Part shown: piece after piece, positions 33,705-44,384 of the stretch | How positions within the stretch are numbered: position 1 is the first letter of the stretch | How the letters are laid out: every line of letters begins with the position of its first letter | Assembly (NCBI GenBank): GCA_963787125.1 | Contig: CAWBBV010000011.1 | Span: forward strand, 224,001-288,000 | Reading direction: 5' to 3' | Length of the DNA: 64,000 nucleotides | Origin: an uncultured delta proteobacterium | GTDB lineage: Bacteria; Desulfobacterota; Desulfuromonadia; Geobacterales; DSM-12255 | Notes under the pieces: model-generated | Database searches by the model: none | What the model was told of the DNA's origin: nothing | Seen by the model: only the letters and a program-made list of their open reading frames with translations | Program-made: the position numbers and the translations under genes

Positions 33705-35135
33705 ATGCCTATATTCAAAACTCTTTTACTCTTAATCATACTGCCGGTATCGCTATCGGCAGCCACTGCGCCATCCCCTCTGCTGAAAGAATTCACTGAA
33801 CCGGTCAAGCTGCAGGGAAAAACTGTTTCTTCAGCTTCGCTTTCCCTGGAAAGATCTCTTGACCTTCCTGAAGCTGATCTTTTTGAGACAGATGCTGGAC
33901 CTGCCGCCAACATCGACGTTTCGCTCCTGAATGAAGCACTCCCTGACTCTGACATCCCTCTCACTTTGAACAGCAAGGTCAACTATTTCATCAATTTCTT
34001 TCAGTACAGAGGTCACGGTTCTTTTGCTAAATGGTTATCTCGTTCAGAACGCTATATTCCGATCATGAAAGAGATCCTGCGCAAAGAGGGGATGCCGGAG
34101 GATCTGGTTTATCTTGCCATGATCGAGAGCGGCTTTACTCCCCATGCCGTATCAGTGGCAAATGCAGTCGGTCCATGGCAGTTTATATCCGGGACAGGGA
34201 AACGTTATGACCTGAAAATAAATGACTGGATCGATGAGCGCCGTGATCCGATCAAATCGACTGTTGCCGCAGCTCTCTACCTTAAAGAGCTGTATGCCAT
34301 GTTTAACAACGACTGGTATCTTGCCGCAGCAGGCTACAATGCCGGAGAAAACAAGATCCTGCGGGCAATAAACATGTACGAAACCAGGGATTTCTGGGAG
34401 ATCTCCAAAGGATCCTATCTAAAGAAAGAGACCAAGGATTACGTTCCCAAGCTCCTCGCTGCAGCGATTATTGCTAAAGAGCCGGCAAAATATGGTTTTG
34501 CGGATGTTGCCTACCTGCCGGCGATGGATCTGGATACGGTTGAAATCCAGTCAAGGACAGACCTTGACCTGGTGGCAAAAATAACCGATGTTTCCTATCA
34601 AGCTCTCAAAGAACTCAACCCTGAGCTGCGCCGATGGTGTACCCCTCCCAACTACCCCAAGTATCTATTAAAACTGCCTAAAGGGAAAAAAGAGCACTTC
34701 ATTGCCGAATACGCAAAGGTTCCGGAAGATCAGCGCTACACCGAAAGGATTGCCTATAGCCACTATAAAGCCAAAAAACAGGATACCATGCAATCTGTTG
34801 CCGCCCGTTTCAGCACCACACCTGAACGGATTGCAGAGCTCAATCACCTTAAAACCAATTCGAAACTTCGCGGCAAGTCTCTCCTTGTACCGGTACAGAG
34901 TTCGGTATCCATGAAACCTGCCCACAAAAGCGAGCCTGAGCAGGCAGCTTTAACCGGAGGAGAGGAAAACCGCTACTATACTGTCAAAAAGGGTGATACC
35001 CTGTACTCCTTGGCAAAAAGGTTCAAGGTAACAACTACAATCCTCTCCGCCTGGAACAATCTGACCGAAAAAATGACTCTAAAGCCGGGCAAAAGAATAA
35101 TCGTCGCCAAATACTCAAACAAAGATAACGGATAA
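33705..35135 (+). CDS. mltD: MltD-like lytic transglycosylase with LysM domains
   Basis: Signal peptide, IESGF, GPWQF, AGYNAGE, ETKDYVPK, LysM motif YTVKKGDTLYSLA. Confidence 0.88.
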   Translation: MPIFKTLLLLIILPVSLSAATAPSPLLKEFTEPVKLQGKTVSSASLSLERSLDLPEADLFETDAGPAANIDVSLLNEALPDSDIPLTLNSKVNYFINFFQYRGHGSFAKWLSRSERYIPIMKEILRKEGMPEDLVYLAMIESGFTPHAVSVANAVGPWQFISGTGKRYDLKINDWIDERRDPIKSTVAAALYLKELYAMFNNDWYLAAAGYNAGENKILRAINMYETRDFWEISKGSYLKKETKDYVPKLLAAAIIAKEPAKYGFADVAYLPAMDLDTVEIQSRTDLDLVAKITDVSYQALKELNPELRRWCTPPNYPKYLLKLPKGKKEHFIAEYAKVPEDQRYTERIAYSHYKAKKQDTMQSVAARFSTTPERIAELNHLKTNSKLRGKSLLVPVQSSVSMKPAHKSEPEQAALTGGEENRYYTVKKGDTLYSLAKRFKVTTTILSAWNNLTEKMTLKPGKRIIVAKYSNKDNG

Positions 35136-35170
35136 CTGCTACTGCAGCTTATCAAAAAGGATCTCGCTTA

Positions 35171-35935
35171 ATGTATAACCTCATAATTTCACTGTCTCTT
35201 GGTCTTGTCACTTACGCTCTCTTCGCTTTTGCAGCCTCTCTTGCCTGGTGGATAGCGCTAGTCGCTGCGACCATTGTCATGCTCGGCACGTTCTATCTGA
35301 TTTCCCGCATAATAATGAAAAAGATTGAAGCAATAATGTCCGGCGCAATGAAGGATCTGCAGACCCAGCGGGTGACAAGCAAAGAGATGCAGATTCAGCT
35401 TGTTGATCGCGCCATCAAAGAGATGCAGGCCGCCTTCCAGTATGAAAAATGGCAGATATATGTCAGCGGACAGATTAATGCCTCAATCGGCATGCTTTAC
35501 TACATCAAGCGAGACTTCAATGCCGCTTTTCCCTACCTTGAAAAAGGTTTTTTCAAGAACTGGGTGACAATGGGAATGCTCGGCGTTTATTACCTGAAAA
35601 AGAATAAAAAGGATAAGATGAAGGAGACTTTCGAGAAGGCTGTTCTTGGAAGCCCGAAAGAATCACTTGTCTGGGCACTTTACGCTTACTGTCTCTGCGA
35701 ATCAGGTGATCAGGACAAAGCAAAAGAGATCCTTGAAAAAGGACTCAAGAAGATTCCCGGCAATGAGCAGCTTTTCCTGAACCTCGATCTTCTCAAAGAG
35801 GGCAAACGGATGAAGATGACCGGTTACGGCGAAATGTGGTATCAGTTCCACCTGGAAAGTACCGCTGCTCTGCAGAAGCAGCACCAGATGACGTCAATGA
35901 CCGGGGGCATGAAGCGCAAGGTAGTCAGAAGGTGA
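35171..35935 (+). CDS. Membrane-anchored TPR-like protein
   Basis: Two N-terminal TM segments followed by helical TPR-like repeats; stop overlaps the ispE start. Confidence 0.7.
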   Translation: MYNLIISLSLGLVTYALFAFAASLAWWIALVAATIVMLGTFYLISRIIMKKIEAIMSGAMKDLQTQRVTSKEMQIQLVDRAIKEMQAAFQYEKWQIYVSGQINASIGMLYYIKRDFNAAFPYLEKGFFKNWVTMGMLGVYYLKKNKKDKMKETFEKAVLGSPKESLVWALYAYCLCESGDQDKAKEILEKGLKKIPGNEQLFLNLDLLKEGKRMKMTGYGEMWYQFHLESTAALQKQHQMTSMTGGMKRKVVRR

Positions 35936-36778
35936 TAGCATCTCTGCGACTGAAGGCTCCGGCAAAGGTAAATTTCAGGCTGGATGTGCTAAAAAAAAGG
36001 CCGGACGGCTATCACGAACTACGGATGATAATGCAGAGAATCGACCTCTGCGATGAGATTAATATTTCCCTCCGTCAGGAACCAGGCATTTCCCTCTCCT
36101 GTGACCATCCATATATACCTACAGACAAACGCAACATTGTCTGGAAAGGCTGCAGACGAAATCCTCAAACACTCCGGTCAAAAATCCGGCGTACGCATAA
36201 AACTGAAAAAAAACATCCCGGTTGCCGCCGGCCTTGGTGGAGGAAGCTCAGACGCAGCTACAACCCTGATGGGACTCAACGAACTGCTTAAAACAGGTTT
36301 GACTGACGAGCAGTTGATGACCATCGGAATCAGACTGGGCGCCGACGTACCCTTTTTTATTTTCAGGAAAGCTGCGTTAGCCGAAGGAATCGGAGAAAAA
36401 CTTTACCCGCTGGAAAAGATCCCCAAACTCTGGCTCTGCCTTGTTAATCCTGGAATTCATGTCTCTACATCCTGGGCGTATCAAAGTTTGAACTTGACAA
36501 GCGAAAAAGTCGCGGCTAAAATTCCTATTCTTTATAATTCAGCCATGGATGTATCCGGTATCCTTTCAAACGATCTGGAGACAGTGACAATAGCTAAATT
36601 CCCGCTCATCAGCCAGATAAAGGAAAACCTCCTTGCAGCTGGAGCAAATGGAGCGCTAATGTCAGGAAGTGGTTCTACCGTTTTTGCTATTTTTGAAACA
36701 GAATCAGCTGCCCGCAGCGCCATGGAATCACTCTCGTTTGATGACCGGTGGTTCAGGGCAGTAGTAACCACAATCTGA
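35932..36778 (+). CDS. ispE: 4-diphosphocytidyl-2-C-methyl-D-erythritol kinase, +1 frameshift at about 36145-36147
   Basis: APAKVN and RPDGYHEL in the first frame; IPVAAGLGGGSSDAA, LGADVPFF and MSGSGST in the second. Confidence 0.93.
36494..36522 (+). promoter_or_regulatory. Promoter internal to ispE, probably for tRNA-Gln/prs
   Basis: TTGACA-17 nt-TAAAAT. Confidence 0.65.
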
Positions 36779-36814
36779 ATCACCGTACGCCCGGCACTGA
36801 TGCCGGTCGATTAT

Positions 36815-36889
36815 TGGGGTGTCGCCAAGCGGTAAGGCACCGGATTTTGATTCCGGCATTCCCAGGTTCAAATCCTGGCACCCCAGCCA
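36815..36889 (+). tRNA. tRNA-Gln (anticodon TTG)
   Basis: TGGGGTG/CACCCCA acceptor stem, CCGGA-TTTTGAT-TCCGG anticodon arm, GGTTCAAATCC T arm, encoded CCA. Confidence 0.97.
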
Positions 36890-36937
36890 CTATAAGAAAC
36901 AGGGCGGCGATATGCCGCCCTAAAAGTTGGTACAATC

Positions 36938-37883
36938 ATGCAAGACAGAATCAGGATTTTCAGCGGTAACTCGAATCGCTCCCTCGCAGAGAAGATCTGC
37001 TGCGAACCTTTCCCTCCCTCTTGGCAAGGCAAAGGTTAAAACGTTCTCAGACGGCGAAATTATGGTTGAGATCGAGGAGAATGTCCGTGGCAGAGACATC
37101 TACATAATCCAGTCAACCTGCGCACCGACAAACAACAACCTGATGGAGTTGCTCATCATCATGGATGCTCTTCGCAGAGCGTCGGCCGCAACGATAACTG
37201 CCGTGATCCCTTACTACGGTTATGCCCGCCAGGACAGAAAAGCAGCCCCGCGAACCCCTATTACTTCAAAACTCGTCGCCGATCTCATCACCTCAGCCGG
37301 CGCTGACCGGGTTGTGACGGTAGATCTTCATGCCGGCCAGATTCAGGGCTTTTTCAACATCCCGGTAGACAATCTCTATGCGGCGCCAGTCATGCTTGAA
37401 CATCTAAAGACCAAGTTCAGCGACGAAGAGATTGTCATGGTCTCTCCAGATGCCGGCGGGACAGAGCGAGCTCGTGCTTTTGCAAAAAGGCTTGGCTGCA
37501 CCCTGGCGGTTATTGATAAAAGAAGAACCGGCCCAAATGTTGCCGAGGTTATGCACCTTATTGGCGATGTAAAAGATAAAGTTGCGATTATCCTTGACGA
37601 CATGATAGATACTGCCGGAACCCTGACCCAGGCTGCCGGGGCCCTCAAACTTCACGGAGCGAGTAGAATTTACGCATGCGCCACCCATGGAGTACTTTCC
37701 GGACCGGCAATTGACCGCATCAACGACTCGGCCATTGAAGAGGTTCTCATCACCGACACTGTGCCTCTTGTTGAATCCGGAAAGGATCTTGGCAAGATCA
37801 GAGTATTGACTGTTTCCGAACTTCTTGCCGAAGCAATTCGTAGAATCCATGAGGATGAATCGGTAAGCTCCCTCTTTGTATGA
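36938..37883 (+). CDS. prs: Ribose-phosphate pyrophosphokinase, +1 frameshift at about 37004-37008
   Basis: [13 protein letters not shown] from ATG 36938; [24 protein letters not shown] and DDMIDTAGT in the next frame. Confidence 0.95.
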
Positions 37884-37958
37884 CATTTTGTCATTTTGTA
37901 GCGATGAATAATTTCTTTTAGAAATTTAACTTATTTAAGATTGAAGGAGATCACGAGC

Positions 37959-38531
37959 ATGAACGAGCTTAATGTAGAGATCAGAAATAAAACCGGTAAA
38001 GGCGTCTGTCGCCAACTCCGGATTGCCGGCAGGATTCCCGGAATTGTTTACGGCAAAGGATTCACCTCCACCGCAGTGAGCATCAACCAGCGTGAGTTCC
38101 TCAAAACAATTGAAGGTTCACAAAACTCACTTATCACTCTCAAAGGTGATGGCGTTGTTAACGATGCCGTTGTCATTGTTGCAACACTGCTCCGCGATCC
38201 ACTCAAAGGGACCCCGCGTCACGTTGACCTTCACAAGGTAAACATGGATGAGAAAGTCCGAGTAGACGTCAAGATAAGACTCAAAGGAACCGCAAAAGGG
38301 GTAAAGGATGGCGGCATGCTGGAGTTTGTCAAGCATACCGTCGAAATAGAGTGCCTCCCTGCCCTGATCCCGGCGCACATCGATGTTGATGTAACCGCCC
38401 TTACTATCGGTCACTCTATTCATCTGGCAGACATCCAACTCCCTGCAAACGTAAAACTGATGGACGATCCTAAAACATCTGTTGTCAGCATTCTCGGCAA
38501 GGTAAAAGAGGATGCCCCTGCTGCAGCATAG
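37959..38531 (+). CDS. rplY: 50S ribosomal protein L25/Ctc
   Basis: GKG..RQLR..G.IPGIVYG, HVDL, GVKDGG. Confidence 0.93.
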   Translation: MNELNVEIRNKTGKGVCRQLRIAGRIPGIVYGKGFTSTAVSINQREFLKTIEGSQNSLITLKGDGVVNDAVVIVATLLRDPLKGTPRHVDLHKVNMDEKVRVDVKIRLKGTAKGVKDGGMLEFVKHTVEIECLPALIPAHIDVDVTALTIGHSIHLADIQLPANVKLMDDPKTSVVSILGKVKEDAPAAA

Positions 38532-38556
38532 CAGTCTGCTTCTTCAGGGATAGTAT

Positions 38557-39132
38557 ATGGCAGTAAAACTCATAGTGGGGCTGGGTAATCCCGGCCCCAA
38601 ATATTCTTGGACCCGCCACAATGCGGGTTTCCTAGTTTTAGATCGGTTTGCTCATCTTTCCGGAATCCCGCTCACTAAAAAAAGTTTCGGCGGACTGTAC
38701 GGTGAAGGTGAATTTAAAGGGAATAGACTTCTACTCCTCAAACCACAGACGTTCATGAATCTTTCCGGTCGCTCTGTAGCAGAGGCACTCCGTTTCCATA
38801 AACTTGATCCGGCCGATAGCATTGTAATCCACGATGAACTCGACATCCCTTTCGGGCAGCTAAAACTCAAAGCAGATGGTGGCCATAGCGGGCACAACGG
38901 TCTCCGTTCACTTCATCAGGAACTGGGCTATGGCGGTTATAACCGCCTGAGAATTGGCATCGGCAGGCCTTTGCACGGGAATATGGCAGACTACGTGCTG
39001 GCCAACTTCGGAAAAGATGAAATGACAGCACTCCCCGCGGTTATCGACGGTGCTGTCGACGCACTGGAGATGCTGCTACTTGAAGGTCTCCCAAAAACCA
39101 TGAGTCTCTATAACAACAAAAACCTTATCTGA
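38557..39132 (+). CDS. pth: Peptidyl-tRNA hydrolase
   Basis: GLGNPG, TRHNAGF, KPQTFMNLSG, HDELD, GHNGL. Confidence 0.96.
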   Translation: MAVKLIVGLGNPGPKYSWTRHNAGFLVLDRFAHLSGIPLTKKSFGGLYGEGEFKGNRLLLLKPQTFMNLSGRSVAEALRFHKLDPADSIVIHDELDIPFGQLKLKADGGHSGHNGLRSLHQELGYGGYNRLRIGIGRPLHGNMADYVLANFGKDEMTALPAVIDGAVDALEMLLLEGLPKTMSLYNNKNLI

Positions 39133-39186
39133 AAACCCGCTTAACAGTCCAATAAGACAGCATTATCCAGTAAAAGGAACTAATCC

Positions 39187-40281
39187 ATGGGATTCAACTG
39201 CGGCATAGTAGGCCTTCCGAATGTCGGAAAATCAACGATTTTTAACGCTCTAACGGCTGCAGGCGCAGAGTCGGCAAATTATCCTTTCTGTACCATTGAT
39301 CCTAATGTCGGCATAGTCCAGGTTCCTGACCCGCGGATGCAACAGCTCGCAATCATCGTCAAACCGGAGCGAATTCTGCCAACGACTATTGAGATTGTGG
39401 ACATTGCCGGACTCGTCAAGGGCGCCAGTCAGGGTGAAGGTCTCGGCAACAAATTTCTTGGCCATATCCGTGCTGTTGACGCTATCATTCATGTTGTCCG
39501 CTGTTTTAACGATGACAATGTTGTCCACGTCGATGGCAGTGTCAATCCCATCAGAGATATCGAGGTGATTCAGTTAGAATTGGCGCTTGCCGACCTTGAC
39601 ACGGTTGATAAACGGATTCTGCGCAGCGAAAAACTCGCCAGAAGCGGTGACCGAAAAGCCAAGGACGAAAACGACTTCTGCCTTCGCGTCAAAAAAGAAC
39701 TGGAAGCTGGCAGACCCGCACTCGGGCTGGCAGAGGGCGATGAGGAACAGATTATCCTCAAAGAAATGTGCCTGCTTACTGACAAGCCGGTGCTTTATGT
39801 AGCCAATGTCGCCGAGGATGACCTTGAGGGGAAACACCCTTTCGTTGCCCAGGTTGCGGAAATAGCAGCCAAAGAAGGGGCAAAGATGGTCACCATCTGC
39901 GGCAAAATCGAGGCTGAAATATCCGAGCTTGACGGTGAAGAAAAAGCCGAGTTTCTCGCCGAAATGGGTCTGCCCGAGTCAGGACTGGATAGGCTCATCC
40001 GTTGCGGTTACGGACTTTTGGGACTAATAACCTACTTCACTGCCGGAGTGAAAGAGGTGCGAGCCTGGACGATTACCAAAGGGACAAAAGCCCCCCAGGC
40101 AGCGGGAGTCATTCACAGTGATTTTGAAAAAGGGTTCATTCGCGCCGAGGTAATCGCCTTCAAGGATTACATCGCATCAAACGGTGAGTCGGGAGCCAAG
40201 GAAAAAGGTCTTATGAGGCTTGAGGGGAAAGAGTATATAGTTCAGGACGGCGACGTCATGCATTTCAGGTTCAACGTATAA
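39187..40281 (+). CDS. ychF: Ribosome-binding ATPase YchF
   Basis: [37 protein letters not shown]. Confidence 0.97.
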   Translation: MGFNCGIVGLPNVGKSTIFNALTAAGAESANYPFCTIDPNVGIVQVPDPRMQQLAIIVKPERILPTTIEIVDIAGLVKGASQGEGLGNKFLGHIRAVDAIIHVVRCFNDDNVVHVDGSVNPIRDIEVIQLELALADLDTVDKRILRSEKLARSGDRKAKDENDFCLRVKKELEAGRPALGLAEGDEEQIILKEMCLLTDKPVLYVANVAEDDLEGKHPFVAQVAEIAAKEGAKMVTICGKIEAEISELDGEEKAEFLAEMGLPESGLDRLIRCGYGLLGLITYFTAGVKEVRAWTITKGTKAPQAAGVIHSDFEKGFIRAEVIAFKDYIASNGESGAKEKGLMRLEGKEYIVQDGDVMHFRFNV

Positions 40282-40323
40282 GGCAGAGTCTCACTTCGGG
40301 CTCCATATAAACAGGAGGTAGTA

Positions 40324-41232
40324 ATGAGTATTCTTGTGGTAGGTTCTGTGGCGATAGACTCCGTCGAGACCCCTTTCGGAGTCGGTGAAAACGTCCTTGG
40401 CGGCTCGGCAACATATTTTTCTACCTCAGCGAGCTTTTTTACCGATGTAAACCTTGTCGGGGTTGTCGGCGATGATTTTCCTCAGGAGCATATCGATTTC
40501 CTTCAGTCACGCAGCATAGACCTGCGTGGACTGGTGCGAGAGAGCGGCAAAACCTTCCACTGGAAAGGGCGTTACGATTTCAATCTCAATGAAGCCCAGA
40601 CCCTCGATACCCAGCTTAATGTTTTCCAGACATTCAGGCCGCAAATACCGGCAGAATATGCTGACACCGAATATCTTATCCTTGCCAACATCGACCCGGA
40701 TCTTCAGCTTGAAGTTCTAGCTCAGGTAAAAAAACCGCGTGTCATAGCATGTGACACTATGAACTTCTGGATCTCCTCAAAACCGGACGTCCTTAAGAAG
40801 GTCATCGCTAAAGTCGATTTTTTTATCATCAATGAAGGTGAAGCGCGGCAATTAACCGGAGAGGTAAATCTGGTCAAAGCCGCGAAACTGATTCTCGCCA
40901 TGGGAGCAAAGAACCTGATAATCAAACGCGGTGAATACGGCGTCCTGCTCTTCACCAGTGATTCGATTTTTGCAGCACCGGCCTACCCGCTGGAAAACGT
41001 ATTTGACCCGACCGGTGCGGGCGATACCTTTGCTGGAGGCTTTATGGGTTACCTGGCAAACACCGGCAATCTTTCCGAAAACGGGGTGAGACAGGCGATC
41101 ATTTACGGCAGTGTCATGGCCTCTTTCAATGTTGAGGATTTCAGCCTGGACCGGCTAAGGACCCTGACTCACAGCGAGATAGAAGAGCGTTTCAAAACCT
41201 TCAAAAATATGACCCACTTCGAAGCTCTCTGA
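40324..41232 (+). CDS. PfkB family sugar kinase
   Basis: LGGSA, INEGE, DPTGAGDTFAGG. Confidence 0.9.
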   Translation: MSILVVGSVAIDSVETPFGVGENVLGGSATYFSTSASFFTDVNLVGVVGDDFPQEHIDFLQSRSIDLRGLVRESGKTFHWKGRYDFNLNEAQTLDTQLNVFQTFRPQIPAEYADTEYLILANIDPDLQLEVLAQVKKPRVIACDTMNFWISSKPDVLKKVIAKVDFFIINEGEARQLTGEVNLVKAAKLILAMGAKNLIIKRGEYGVLLFTSDSIFAAPAYPLENVFDPTGAGDTFAGGFMGYLANTGNLSENGVRQAIIYGSVMASFNVEDFSLDRLRTLTHSEIEERFKTFKNMTHFEAL

Positions 41233-41253
41233 CACAAAGCAGTATTCAGCAGG

Positions 41254-41296
41254 AAAAAAAGAAGGCCGCCGAATTCCCTGGTGGCCTTCTTTTTTT
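41254..41296. terminator. Bidirectional intrinsic terminator
   Basis: A7-GAAGGCC...GGCCTTC-T7. Confidence 0.8.
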
Positions 41297-41371
41297 ATTG
41301 CGGACACGAAAAGAGCAGGTACGATTTAAAGTCATGTGAGTTATAATGCGGACCAATACATGGAGTCAAAA

Positions 41372-42190
41372 ATGAATCGTGTAACACTTGACGGCATCAT
41401 ACTGTCTCTTGCCAGGCCGGTTGAACTCAATCTGCAGTGGGTTGGTCAGGACGAGTTACTCCTGCAGCTGCTAGCGGCCTGGATGGTAATTGATGAGCGG
41501 GATATCCCTTTCAATCCCCGTCTTATAGGCAAACCTGGCGTCGGCAAAACGACTTTGGCATATGCTGCGGCCAAACGTCTGCAGCGACCGGTCTACCTTT
41601 TTCAGGCTACCATGGATACCCGCCCTGAGGACCTGATTGTCACACCGGTAATCGGCCCTGATGCAAAGATTCAGTATGCTGCATCATCACTGGTGTCGGC
41701 CATGCTCACTGGAGGGATACTTATTCTCGATGAAGGCAACCGCATGAGCGAGAAAGCCTGGGCCTCTCTTGCGCCGCTCCTTGATGACCGCCGCTACGTT
41801 GAGTCTATTGTTACCGGCTTGCGAATTTCAGCCCAGAAGGATTTTCGCATTGTGGTCACCATGAACGAAGACTCCTCAACTTTCGAGATACCAGAATATA
41901 TCCACTCACGCCTGCAACCTCAGATTTATATCGACTTTCCTGAAGCCGACGAAGAGTTGACTATTCTCAAAGAGAATCTGCCTTTTGCTGACAGCGCAAT
42001 CCTGAAGTATGTGGTGAATTTTCTGCAGCGTGCCCATAAGCACGATGAACTGTATTCTGTCCGAGACGGGATCAACATCGCCCGCTATGCTCTCAAAATG
42101 TCCGCTGCCGGCGGTTCACCCCCCATAGAGTTGCTGCGGCTTTCTGTGGCACGAATCCTCGGGAACGAAGCGCTCCCCTACCTCGACTAA
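41372..42190 (+). CDS. MoxR-like AAA+ ATPase
   Basis: Walker A GKPGVGKT, Walker B LILDEGNR, VTMN sensor 1, SVRDG. Confidence 0.85.
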   Translation: MNRVTLDGIILSLARPVELNLQWVGQDELLLQLLAAWMVIDERDIPFNPRLIGKPGVGKTTLAYAAAKRLQRPVYLFQATMDTRPEDLIVTPVIGPDAKIQYAASSLVSAMLTGGILILDEGNRMSEKAWASLAPLLDDRRYVESIVTGLRISAQKDFRIVVTMNEDSSTFEIPEYIHSRLQPQIYIDFPEADEELTILKENLPFADSAILKYVVNFLQRAHKHDELYSVRDGINIARYALKMSAAGGSPPIELLRLSVARILGNEALPYLD

Positions 42191-42194
42191 TAAC

Positions 42195-44171
42195 ATGCCT
42201 GAACGTCTCTATCTGGAACGATTCGGACCGGTGCATGCCCTGCCGATGCTGCATTACCGGCTGGAATTCGCCCAACTGGTGCGCATGGCAGTTCATCAGG
42301 TGCGACCAGATGCCGTTGCCATAGAGCTCCCACCAACCCTGGAAGTCCCCTTTCTAAGAGCAGTGCGACGACTACCGCAAATCTCGGTGATCAGTTATCA
42401 GCTCGAGTTAACGAAGGGCTCAGGGCACGACAATGGCGAAACGGTCTATCTGTTGGTGGAACCGGCAGATCCTCTGGTAGAGGCCGCCCGGTTGGCGCTG
42501 GAATTGAAACTGCCACTGTATTTTATTGATGTTGATACCGCCGGCTACCCCCGCCATTATGAGCGACTGCCTGACTCCTACAGTATCCGCCGGATTGGCC
42601 TGGCAGCCTACTACCGCGCATACAGGGAAACCTGTGCCGAGCAGCCCCCCTGTCGTGAAGACCGCCGCCGTGAACAGGGGATGGCTTTCCGGTTACAACA
42701 ACTAGGTCAAAAATATCAGCGTATTCTCTATGTCTGCGGAATGGCCCATCTGGAACGGGTCAAATGTAATTTCGCAACTCCGCAAGCTGCGCCGCTGGAG
42801 CGGATCCGGCGGGAGGGCATATCTGTCCGGAACCTGCACCCTGATTCCTGTGGTGAAGTACTGGCCGAGTTCCCCTTTCTTGCAGCGAACTACGAGTATC
42901 GTCGCGGCCCTCTACCGCCTGAACCGGAGGAGAACGGCAGTGGTCTGCGCAAGCGATTCCACGCTCTGGAGTTGATCTCCGGGGGCAAGAAAGAGCTTTC
43001 CGAAGAGATCCTCATGGATAATGCCATTAGCAGAGCCATTCGCCGCAGTGGGCATGAAGGCGCCTTTCCAGACCGGCAACGCATCATCTACCAGCTCTTC
43101 TGCGAAGCGTCCCGCCACTACCGTCAAGAGACCGGAGAACCACTGCACATCTGGCAGAAACGTAGCTTCTTCCGTTTCTCCCGAAACTATGCCTTGCAGA
43201 GCGGTATGCTGTTGCCTGACCTCTTTCAGCTTCTGACAGCGGCTCGCAGCTGTGTTGACGACAATTTTGCTTATGCGCTCTGTCGTCTGGCTACTTTCTA
43301 TCCATGGCAAACAGAAAGTAGCGACCTTGCCACTGTACGCATTGCCCCGGAAGATATTTGGGGCGGCAGTCGCCAACTCCGCTTCAGGCCACGCCAGAAA
43401 AGAAGTAAAGGTCTCTCTCAAATCGGGCTTCTCAAGCGCAAAAAGGAACACCATCCTGGTGAATGGCTGGCAGGTTTCGATGATCCGTCCATCTGCTCCT
43501 ACCCGCCGGAAGATATTGCCATAGAAGATTATGGCCGCTTTCTCAAGCGTAAAGGGAAGCAACAGTTGTCAGAAGAACTCAGCCGCAGTGAAAAATTCAG
43601 TGCCTCGCTGCTGGACGGTATCGATATGCGGGAAACTCTACGCAATCTTCACGATGGCGCCATCTATGTCAAAGAACAGCAGCGCGCAAAGGGCAGTGTG
43701 GGGTGTCTTGTGGTTATTTTTGACGAGGATCGTCGCACGCAGCGTTATCCGTACCGAATGACCTGGCTCGGAGAACATGAGCAGGAATCGGATATGGCCT
43801 TTTACGCCACCGATCCGGCAGAAAACATTGTCGGCCCCGGCATCTGCCGTTGCGAGTACGGTGGCTTCCTGCTTTCATACCCACCCCGCCGCATGATGAA
43901 TATCTGGCCGGATCCGGATTATCGCCAGGCATTAACCAGTGCGGAGGTACTTTTACTGGCAGCGCTGGACTACTCTATCGAGAAGCATGTGGTTTATGTG
44001 GCATCTAAACCCCCTCGCAGTATCTTTAAACAGGCGGCTTCACGGCGTGATCGAAAAATAGTTTATATCCCCATAGGATCGCTGTCTCCCCACAAGCTCA
44101 AGCAGTTACGGATTCTCCATATCCTCTCCGGCAAGGATAAGCGTGATATTGCCAAAGATTACGTCTGGTGA
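42195..44171 (+). CDS. Uncharacterised 658-aa MoxR-associated protein
   Basis: Long ORF starting 4 nt after the ATPase; motifs PDAVAIELP, REQGMA, VCGMAH, IDMRETLRN. Confidence 0.8.
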   Translation: MPERLYLERFGPVHALPMLHYRLEFAQLVRMAVHQVRPDAVAIELPPTLEVPFLRAVRRLPQISVISYQLELTKGSGHDNGETVYLLVEPADPLVEAARLALELKLPLYFIDVDTAGYPRHYERLPDSYSIRRIGLAAYYRAYRETCAEQPPCREDRRREQGMAFRLQQLGQKYQRILYVCGMAHLERVKCNFATPQAAPLERIRREGISVRNLHPDSCGEVLAEFPFLAANYEYRRGPLPPEPEENGSGLRKRFHALELISGGKKELSEEILMDNAISRAIRRSGHEGAFPDRQRIIYQLFCEASRHYRQETGEPLHIWQKRSFFRFSRNYALQSGMLLPDLFQLLTAARSCVDDNFAYALCRLATFYPWQTESSDLATVRIAPEDIWGGSRQLRFRPRQKRSKGLSQIGLLKRKKEHHPGEWLAGFDDPSICSYPPEDIAIEDYGRFLKRKGKQQLSEELSRSEKFSASLLDGIDMRETLRNLHDGAIYVKEQQRAKGSVGCLVVIFDEDRRTQRYPYRMTWLGEHEQESDMAFYATDPAENIVGPGICRCEYGGFLLSYPPRRMMNIWPDPDYRQALTSAEVLLLAALDYSIEKHVVYVASKPPRSIFKQAASRRDRKIVYIPIGSLSPHKLKQLRILHILSGKDKRDIAKDYVW

Positions 44172-44384
44172 TTAATGGGGAACGTGACCATCTAATACCG
44201 TGTGAAGTGGATTTCAATTTATGGCAATCTTGACTTAAATTTGAATCAGGGGTTAAAAGAGAGTTAAAGAACTGATAGTTGATATTTAAAAAGATGTTAC
44301 AGACAGCCACCGGAGCTGAGGTTCACTGAACTTTTCCCCCAAAGCAGCAGTCTTGCATTATTTACGTATACCAAGGAGTTTTTC

